A DNA stretch of 7,747 bases from Candidatus Odinarchaeia archaeon (lineage in GTDB: Archaea; Asgardarchaeota; Odinarchaeia; Odinarchaeales; Odinarchaeaceae): NCBI GenBank assembly GCA_029856525.1, contig JAHQXC010000062.1, positions 1-7,747 on the forward strand. The letters run 5' to 3'. Below, piece after piece: positions 1-5,851 of the stretch. How positions within the stretch are numbered: position 1 is the first letter of the stretch; each line of letters starts with the position of its first letter. The notes below the pieces were generated by a model. It did not search any database. It worked only from the letters and a program-made list of their open reading frames with translations, and had not been told where the DNA came from. The position numbers and the translations under genes are program-made.

Positions 1-4
1 GAAC

Positions 5-130
5 ATGAGCCTAAAATACCTTAAAACCTACAGAAGCTGTCAAACAAGAAACACATACAAATACGCAGTTAACCTCTACCTAAAATCCACAGAAACTACA
101 CACGAAAAATACTTCACAGAAAATAACATA
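5..130 (+). pseudogene. Probable remnant of the N-terminal (SAM-like) domain of an archaeal tyrosine recombinase/integrase; first ~42 codons of ORF 5..307
   Basis: KYLKTYRSCQTRNTYKYAVNLYLK...EKYFTEN resembles the (F/Y)L..Y.S..T...Y..AL..(F/Y)...E.YF.E pattern I recall for archaeal integrase N-termini. No catalytic domain follows. The DNA is A/C-rich (about 12 G in the first 120 nt) with many C-ending codons, unlike the A/T-ending host genes. The frame is open to the window edge. Pattern recall only. Confidence 0.45.
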
Positions 131-151
131 CCCCCCATTAAACTTGGAAGA

Positions 152-293
152 CTGAAAATCAAAGAAAAATATTACAAACTTTTAAACGGAGACGGAGACC
201 TACTGGTGGAAAAAGTAAGCGACGGCTCAATAATAAGCAGATTCGACAAAACACCTTACCCAGTAAAAAAACACCGACGTTATATGCCCGCAT
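152..293 (+). pseudogene. Frameshifted, truncated 5' fragment of a radical-SAM (spore photoproduct lyase-like) gene
   Basis: The ORF frame gives LKIKEKYYKLLNGDGDLLVEKVSDGSIISRFDKTPYPVK. After the A7 run (265-271) the +1 frame gives TDVICPH (273-293), then TAA (294-296). Joined, this matches the N-terminus I recall for archaeal SPL-like radical-SAM proteins (..LLNGD...V.DGSII.RFDKTP.P...TDV.CPHF, just before the CxxxCxxC motif). GGAAG precedes CTG at 152. Confidence 0.55.
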
Positions 294-298
294 TAATT

Positions 299-760
299 TT
301 ATTCTAACTGTTCTTCTCTTAAAAGCTTAACTTTTAACCCATAATCTAAGGCTTTTTTATACATTTTTCCATCATCAGTTATAAGTATTGAATCTGTAAC
401 TTCTGCGCAGGCCATAAAAATAACATCAAATCCACTAACCTTTGTTTTAGTTCCGATTTCTATTGACTTTTCCAGTAAATATGCGTCAGAATACATCTCC
501 GAGTTTTGGTCTATAAAAGACAGGGCTAGTTTTACGCTGTCATTATCATTTGTTAATCTTGCAATAACACACACTATTTCTATTAAAGCTATCAAAGGAA
601 TATGATTCTTATAAAATCCACTCTCAATTTTAAGCAGGATCCTCTTTGCTTTTTTATGCAAGTTGAGATATTCTTCATACGATTTATCCTTTATTTTTCT
701 TCATGGTGGAATTAAGCCTTTTACAAGTACTGTTGTGTCTGTTGTTACATTAATACTCAT
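299..760 (-). pseudogene. vapC: PIN-domain (VapC-type) ribonuclease toxin, 153 codons, interrupted by an in-frame TGA at codon 20 (701-703)
   Basis: ATG at 760 is in frame with ORF 299..661 and reads MSINVTTDTTVLVKGLIPP*RKIKDKSYEEYLNLHKKAK... This supplies the N-terminal PIN DT motif that the ORF track misses. The remainder has the PIN acidic motifs IALIEI, SGFDVIF and LITDD. The ATG overlaps the antitoxin stop (ATGA). Confidence 0.85.
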
Positions 761-939
761 ATTTTTTTCCTCATTTCCCTAATAAGCCGTGTTGTATCTT
801 TATCATAATTGATTTTTTTTCCAATTTTTGAAATAACCTCTTCAAGCGTTACTTTTTTTGTTATCTTCCCTAGTTTTACTGAAATGAGAAGGTCAACTGC
901 ATCTTTACATATTTTCTCCACTTTTACTTCGTTCATCAT
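757..939 (-). CDS. Probable antitoxin (VapB-like), ~60 aa
   Basis: Small ORF directly upstream of the PIN gene with an ATGA overlap. The C-terminal TTRLIREMR is typical of archaeal VapB partners. An AGGTG SD at 945-949 favours ATG 939 (or 936) over the ORF-track start at 969. Confidence 0.7.
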   Translation of the reverse strand: MMNEVKVEKICKDAVDLLISVKLGKITKKVTLEEVISKIGKKINYDKDTTRLIREMRKKI

Positions 940-1286
940 AAGTGCACCTAATCTACTAATTTTGCTCATTAATATTTATTTGTTTTCAACAAGTATTTTT
1001 TGTTTATGCTCTTTTTTTATAGATCTAATTATTATTTTCGTTTTATTTTAATCTGGTGTTAATCTAAAATTCTGATAAACACAGAAACTACATAGTTGCT
1101 AACAAATATGGAAAAATAAGGATTGAACTTTTATCAAATTGAAGATTTCTTCAGTTAATTTTTTATCCCAAATCTTGGCACAAGTATCTGCTTGTTCGGC
1201 GATAGTTAATCCAGTAGTTATGTTTTATTTCTTTTTTATTTTTTTGAAGAAAAATTAATATTTGGTAAGTTGAATCTCAATCTTTT

Positions 1287-1595
1287 TTATGCTAGAAGTA
1301 GGAATGAGATCAGCAGACCGTATATTGCTATAGCCTCTGTTAAGACTACGAAGATGATGCTTTTACCGAGCATTTCAGGCTTCTCTGTTGAGGCCCCGAT
1401 TGCAGCGGCGCCGGCTATTCCAAGACCTATACCAGCACCTAAACCAGCTAAACCGATAGATAAGCCGGCTCCGAGAAACTTATAGGCGTCTGTTATGCTC
1501 CCTGCTTGGAAGGCTGAAACAAATGATAGTGCTTGAACAGCGACGGATATCATAATAATCAAGGTGACAATAACTAATAACGTGGTTTTCTTCAC
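1287..1595 (-). CDS. atpK: A/V-type ATP synthase subunit K (c, proteolipid), single hairpin with N-terminal leader
   Basis: Gly-rich helix GAGLSIGLAGLGAGIGLG, loop EKPE, and second helix VVLTEAIAIYG with the conserved Glu87 (1335-1337). GTG start with an AGGAGG SD at 1603-1608. Confidence 0.97.
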   Translation of the reverse strand: MKKTTLLVIVTLIIMISVAVQALSFVSAFQAGSITDAYKFLGAGLSIGLAGLGAGIGLGIAGAAAIGASTEKPEMLGKSIIFVVLTEAIAIYGLLISFLLLA

Positions 1596-1639
1596 TTTTT
1601 ATCCTCCTAGATCAAGTTTTTACCATTCGCTGTTATCTT

Positions 1640-1659
1640 ATTGTTGTATTTAAATATTT
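1640..1659 (-). promoter_or_regulatory. Internal archaeal promoter for atpK (TATA box TTTAAATA at 1647-1654, A-rich BRE-like upstream)
   Basis: Minus strand reads GCAAAATA-TTTAAATA-CAACAAT in the 69-nt atpC-atpK gap. It is 19/20 identical to 4924-4943. Confidence 0.7.
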
Positions 1660-1664
1660 TGCAA

Positions 1665-2723
1665 TTAATATATGAGGTAGTCTTTTATCTCAGATGGTGG
1701 AATACCCTCTAGTAAAGCGATTAGAATAGTTTTAATATTGTTAACCTCATAGAATTTTAAGTCTATGAATGCTAGAGGGGTTTGAATTTGAAAAGGATAA
1801 GTTCCTAATACAAGCTTAGCCTTATCGTATATGGATTTCTCTAACATGTTTTCAATAAGATAAAATTCTTTTTTAGCCTGGTATTTTTTCCACCCCATGG
1901 AGAGATAGTAGTCGAAAGGAGGGATCATAAAGTGTTTGATAGCTTCCTCTATATTTCTAGAGCGAATAGCAGACAATAAAACATCTTTTTTAATATATCT
2001 TCCCTCTCGAACTATCATTTTCTGTATTTCCACAGGGTTTAAGTTGGAGAGTTTACTGCGTAGGATAATATTTATATTGGTTGCATCTATCATTCTGCCC
2101 AGATAATTATATATTGCCAGATAATCATCAGGTGTTAGAATCCTTCTAGCCGAGTTCACCATCCTGGTGAAAGTATAATAGTCTAAGGCGAGTTCAAGTG
2201 GAAGCAATGTTTTTTCACGTTCAAAGTCTCTCCACACACTTGTTAAAATATTTCTATATCCTTCATCCGGTATAGCTTCAATCATAGACTTCAAAGTTCC
2301 CTTAGAGAGAAGTTCTAATATCGTTTTTTCAGAGAATAATCCGACAGGTACCATGTACATTAATGCTTTTTGAACAGGCTCGCCGCTATACTTTAATCTG
2401 AGAAGAGCTTTTAAAACCGCTGCTTCATATTTTAATCTAATAACTGTTAGCAGGGATCTTATTTCCGGAGGGGATACGATTCTAATACTTTCAATAGCGT
2501 CTATAAACGCTTTATTAAGTAACCTGTCAACTTCTCTCTCAGATAATTCCACGCCAGCCTGTTTAGCGATATACTTAGAGTAATCTGTGTAGCTTAAAAT
2601 TCTAATCATCGCCTGCAATGTTTTACTGCCTACTAGTGCATTAAATTCTTCAGGTGTTAAAAGCTTAGATTTAAGCCCTCTTATTTTAGCGTTTAAAAAA
2701 GATAGTTTAATGGTGTTAAACAT
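1665..2723 (-). CDS. atpC: A/V-type ATP synthase subunit C (AC39/d family)
   Basis: N-terminal NAKIRGLKSKLL and C-terminal EVNNIKTILIA match subunit C motifs (NARIRG.KS.LL; E..N...I). 352 aa, located between subunit I and K genes. Confidence 0.95.
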   Translation of the reverse strand: MFNTIKLSFLNAKIRGLKSKLLTPEEFNALVGSKTLQAMIRILSYTDYSKYIAKQAGVELSEREVDRLLNKAFIDAIESIRIVSPPEIRSLLTVIRLKYEAAVLKALLRLKYSGEPVQKALMYMVPVGLFSEKTILELLSKGTLKSMIEAIPDEGYRNILTSVWRDFEREKTLLPLELALDYYTFTRMVNSARRILTPDDYLAIYNYLGRMIDATNINIILRSKLSNLNPVEIQKMIVREGRYIKKDVLLSAIRSRNIEEAIKHFMIPPFDYYLSMGWKKYQAKKEFYLIENMLEKSIYDKAKLVLGTYPFQIQTPLAFIDLKFYEVNNIKTILIALLEGIPPSEIKDYLIY

Positions 2724-2973
2724 TTTTCTCTCCCGCTCTTCTTTGAGTTAAACGTTTAACTGTCCAGAACAGGTGGAGATACATTATAATAGTTCCCACG
2801 ATCGCTCCTACTCCTACTCCGAGTATCTCATTCCAACCGAGAGATTTAGCTATAATCCAGCCTACTATAGCGAATATGATTATGTCGAAGCCTATCCCTA
2901 AATACTTGAACATCCCCCCGTACGGAGAGGGGGTTTCCTTCTCCCCCTCGTTTTCTTTATTACATAACGTCAA
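2716..2973 (-). CDS. Small two-TM membrane protein, AtpZ/'ATPase gene 1'-like
   Basis: 85 aa, TTG start with an AAGGAG SD (2982-2987) and an 8-nt overlap with atpC. Two hydrophobic helices (LGIGFDIIIFAIVGWIIA; ILGVGVGAIVGTIIMYLHLFW) with the KY..(I/L)G..........G and G...G....Y pattern of AtpZ/gene-1 proteins. The CDS is well supported; the family call is less so. Confidence 0.65.
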   Translation of the reverse strand: MTLCNKENEGEKETPSPYGGMFKYLGIGFDIIIFAIVGWIIAKSLGWNEILGVGVGAIVGTIIMYLHLFWTVKRLTQRRAGEKNV

Positions 2974-2986
2974 CTATTACACTCCT

Positions 2987-4876
2987 TTAGTTAACTGTAT
3001 ATATTCGGCTTATCTTAAAGGGTTTAAACTCTGAGCCTCCGCCTTCATAGAATTTAAGGAACCATTCAACCCAGTGTAATCTGAGCGTGTTTATGAATGT
3101 TAACAAGCCCTCCAGGAACATTACTAAGCCGATCTGTGTTACAATAAACATCACATAGTAGAGTGTGGGTTGAAACACTAGAAAACCTGATTCAGATGCA
3201 GCTAGATATTCATGTAGTATCGGATGGTAGACTGGAGATGAACCTAGATTTATGAATGTCTTACTGAATCCTGCGTGGACTTGGTTTAAAGCTAGAATAC
3301 GAGTGTAAGATATAGTGTTAGATATGGAGGCCACTAAAACTTCGAATGTACCTATGAAACCCTCCATTATATTGCGGTGGGCTACAAGTTTACCTAATAT
3401 TAGCCCGGCGAATGGCATCGCGAATAAATAGAATGATGGATCGGTTAAACTGAATGTTGCAAACCAGTTTGTGAACGTGACACCTCTGTTGAAAGCTAAG
3501 TATACTAACCCTATATAGAACCATATCCAGAAGCCGCGGTCGACGATCGCCTCTAATATTTTACCCTTCTTAATACTGTTTATCACGCCTAAAATTAACC
3601 CGACTAGGAGATGGAGGACACCTATCATAATTGATAAAGCGAATAATAGGAATGGATGGTGAAATGGACTGAATAGAATAGGTCCACTGTAGTGTTCAGC
3701 GCCTGTCACAGGGTCGGTCCATAATTCACCTGGGAGAGGAGAGTATTCAGCTACACCTGTAGCGGGGTTAACATAGTTTGGATCTGTTAAAATCTTCACT
3801 CCGCCATCATAGTCGAAGAAAACGAATAATCCTATAAGCGCCTGTCTTAAAAATAATAGGTAGGGGGCGATCGCGATATACCATGGTTCAGCCACTATTG
3901 AGAAGCCTAACATTTCACCGAAAAGTAACCCGAAGAAAATAGAGGAGATAGATGACGCTATTAATAAAGGTGAACCTTTAATCCACCATCCGATCATTCC
4001 ACTAAAATTAGGACGCCCGCGTTTTAAAGCGATGAAGCCTAGCAGTGATGGAATTAAAAGTATTATTCCATGGCCTATATCCGCGAACATTATACCGAAG
4101 AATATGGGGAATGTGATGGATGCTAGAAGCGTCGGATCGATTTCTTTATAGGATGGAACTGAGAATCCTACTGTGAGCATTTGAACTGGTTTAAGCAGTT
4201 TAGGGTTCTCTATGAGAACAGGGGGTTTATCTTCTTTTTTAGGTGCTTCTACTTTAATAATACAGCTATTACTTGTGATCTTTAATAAGGTTTCTTGAAG
4301 TAGTTTAACTTTCTTCTCTTCAACCCAGCCTTCAAATACGAATGAGCGGTCTGTTCGACCGGCTAAGCTTTTAGCCTCCTCTATCCGCTGCTCTATTTGT
4401 AAAATCTCTCTTAGAGTGAGAAGCTCAACAGCTGTTCTTTTTCTAAGATCAATTTTATTCTCCTCTAGCTCGGCTAGCCTCTTCTCTTCTTCTAACGTCA
4501 ACGGCGTTTTATCTTTTAACGACTCATATTCCTTTGAAATCTTAAGATACTCTTGCTCTACTCTCTTAACATCCTCCTCTATCTTAGCCAGGTCGCTTTC
4601 AGTTAACTTCTCATGCTTCTTCTTTTCTTTAACAGCCACTGTTTCTTGAACCCCTAGATCGCCTATCAAACCTTCAACTTGAGATAAGATCGCTGAGACT
4701 CGATAATAATAGTCGCCTGGTTCAACAGGTTGGATAAGCCCGTTGTAATCTGTTATCCTCTCGCTAATATTCTCTAATTGAGCTATACCAAGATTACCGA
4801 GCGCTCTTACTATATCATCCACGTATTCGTCTAAAGCGATAACAGTGAACTTACTCATATTAACAGGTTTAAGCAT
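2987..4876 (-). CDS. atpI: A/V-type ATP synthase subunit I (a), 629 aa
   Basis: MLKPVNMSK start, FEGWV, DPT...FPIFFGIMFADIGHG, SNTISYTRILAL with the essential Arg526 (3299-3301), and LRLHWVEWFLKFYEGGG..FKPF. ATG with a GGAG SD at 4882-4885. Confidence 0.97.
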   Translation of the reverse strand: MLKPVNMSKFTVIALDEYVDDIVRALGNLGIAQLENISERITDYNGLIQPVEPGDYYYRVSAILSQVEGLIGDLGVQETVAVKEKKKHEKLTESDLAKIEEDVKRVEQEYLKISKEYESLKDKTPLTLEEEKRLAELEENKIDLRKRTAVELLTLREILQIEQRIEEAKSLAGRTDRSFVFEGWVEEKKVKLLQETLLKITSNSCIIKVEAPKKEDKPPVLIENPKLLKPVQMLTVGFSVPSYKEIDPTLLASITFPIFFGIMFADIGHGIILLIPSLLGFIALKRGRPNFSGMIGWWIKGSPLLIASSISSIFFGLLFGEMLGFSIVAEPWYIAIAPYLLFLRQALIGLFVFFDYDGGVKILTDPNYVNPATGVAEYSPLPGELWTDPVTGAEHYSGPILFSPFHHPFLLFALSIMIGVLHLLVGLILGVINSIKKGKILEAIVDRGFWIWFYIGLVYLAFNRGVTFTNWFATFSLTDPSFYLFAMPFAGLILGKLVAHRNIMEGFIGTFEVLVASISNTISYTRILALNQVHAGFSKTFINLGSSPVYHPILHEYLAASESGFLVFQPTLYYVMFIVTQIGLVMFLEGLLTFINTLRLHWVEWFLKFYEGGGSEFKPFKISRIYTVN

Positions 4877-4923
4877 AACCGCTCCATCCGTTTAATGTTC
4901 ATAGCCTTCATATCGTTTTTACA

Positions 4924-4943
4924 ATTGTTATATTTAAATATTT
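4924..4943 (-). promoter_or_regulatory. Promoter of the atpI-led operon (TATA box TTTAAATA at 4931-4938)
   Basis: Minus strand reads AAAGATTAAATA-TTTAAATA-TAACAAT, about 55 nt upstream of the atpI ATG. It is 19/20 identical to 1640-1659. Confidence 0.7.
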
Positions 4944-5027
4944 AATCTTTACCGATAGTTGAGTAAACCATTTATAAAATGAAAAAATTCATAGTATTAT
5001 TTTTAAACTATGGAAAAATAAGAAGAG

Positions 5028-5537
5028 TTAGAGATGTTCGGAGAGGCTGTTCAACAGGTTCTTCTTATTGAAGATTATTGAGTAGACTTCCTCTATGTGT
5101 TTATTTGTTTCGCTTTTAGATTCCGCTAGCATTCTAATCTTGTTTCTAAGGTTTTTCTGAATTTCATTGTTAAGAGTGTTCTCGCCGATTTGTGTTTTAA
5201 AGTAGTCTTTCACTAGAATTTGAAGCTCGTCTAATTTGTTAACCTCGTTTCTAATATGCGAGTTTAAAATTCTTAATTTCTTATCTAATCCGTTGATAAC
5301 TTCGAGGCTTTGAACGTCGTCAAGCCAGCTCTGGAATTGAAGGATTATCTCTGAGCATAGGTAGATTTTCTGTTGAAGTAATGCTACTAATTTAGCAATG
5401 TCACCGCTCTTATTCGAGTCTAATTCGCTGGCTACGTTGAAAAGCTCACTCATCCGTTGGTTGTAAGATGTTTTTAAAATATTATAGCGCTCGTTTATCT
5501 TAACTAACACGGCGGTTAGACCTTCGCTTTTTCTCAA
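5028..5537 (-). CDS. Hypothetical soluble alpha-helical/coiled-coil protein, 169 aa
   Basis: TTG start with a strong AGGTGA SD (5544-5549), host-like codon usage, heptad-like L/I spacing and no TM segment. No family recognised. Confidence 0.85.
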   Translation of the reverse strand: MRKSEGLTAVLVKINERYNILKTSYNQRMSELFNVASELDSNKSGDIAKLVALLQQKIYLCSEIILQFQSWLDDVQSLEVINGLDKKLRILNSHIRNEVNKLDELQILVKDYFKTQIGENTLNNEIQKNLRNKIRMLAESKSETNKHIEEVYSIIFNKKNLLNSLSEHL

Positions 5538-5740
5538 AGTATTTCACCTAAAAAACAGTAACTAAAATATTATTTTATACATCTAATTTTTTTAACTCTA
5601 TCGCTTCTAACTTGAATATATTGACGGCTTCAAATAATAAAGTCTATGTGTTCTATCTAATTTCTGTGACTAAAATATTATGGAGGAGTGTGAGAGTAAT
5701 TTAGTCGGAGAAAAGATTTTTGTCGGTTTTTTATTTAGTG

Positions 5741-5756
5741 ATACACTTAAGTGTAT
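5741..5756. promoter_or_regulatory. Perfect 16-bp palindrome ATACACTTAAGTGTAT, candidate operator
   Basis: Read directly from the sequence. It has the same ATACA-N6-TGTAT layout as 5814-5829. Confidence 0.6.
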
Positions 5757-5777
5757 TAGCTTATGAAATAAAAAGAC

Positions 5778-5839
5778 TTATATGTATCTATATTACATAA
5801 TATTGTTATCAAAATACACTTTTCTGTATCAATAATACA
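5778..5839 (+). promoter_or_regulatory. Promoter of the regulator gene (candidate TATA TTATATGT 5778-5785) overlaid by three tandem TGT(A/T)-N7-TACA sites with 21-bp period
   Basis: TGTA 5783, TGTT 5804, TGTA 5825; TACA 5794, 5815, 5836. The array ends 12 nt before the ATG at 5852. Confidence 0.65.
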
Positions 5840-5851
5840 GTTGGAATAAAT

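Noticed and set aside
100-151. Possible tRNA-derived att site splitting the integrase (SSV-type)
   Set aside because: No T-loop (GTTCRAATC/GGTTCAAATCC) or other tRNA-like sequence on either strand at the junction.
263-275. Programmed -1 frameshift at AAAAAAAC
   Set aside because: The homologous continuation is in the +1 frame and stops after seven codons, so it fits decay or a homopolymer error rather than recoding.
940-969. Longer antitoxin start at ATG 969 from the ORF track
   Set aside because: The extension contains the AGGTG SD for ATG 939/936 and has no SD of its own.
809-1051. 80-aa plus-strand ORF
   Set aside because: Antisense to the antitoxin and running through T-tracts. The F/I/L/S-rich translation is a composition artefact, and there is no SD.
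1099-1224. Open minus-strand stretch NITTGLTIAEQADTCAKIWDKKLTEEIFNLIKVQSLFFHIC in the atpK-TA gap
   Set aside because: Looks protein-like but has no start codon or SD (TAA immediately upstream) and no recognisable family. It could be another remnant, but I cannot support that.
1270-1485. 71-aa plus-strand ORF with Pro/Ala repeats (PAIPRPIPAPKPAKP)
   Set aside because: Antisense shadow of the Gly/Ala-rich helix of atpK.
4416-4649. 77-aa plus-strand Ser/Leu/Phe-rich ORF
   Set aside because: Antisense shadow of the Glu/Lys-rich coiled coil of subunit I.
5028-5537. Calling the 169-aa protein ATPase subunit E, G/H or F-type b
   Set aside because: It lacks the subunit E C-terminal motifs, is too long and too hydrophobic in heptads for G/H, and has no N-terminal TM anchor as in b.
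5680-5766. 28-aa plus-strand ORF MEECESNLV... and GGAGGAG at 5682-5688
   Set aside because: No SD upstream of the ATG, no suitably spaced start after the GGAGGAG, and it overlaps the operator palindrome.
5783-5845. CRISPR or mini-array interpretation of the 21-bp periodic repeats
   Set aside because: The units are too short and degenerate, with no spacers and no cas genes. A transcription-factor site array fits better.
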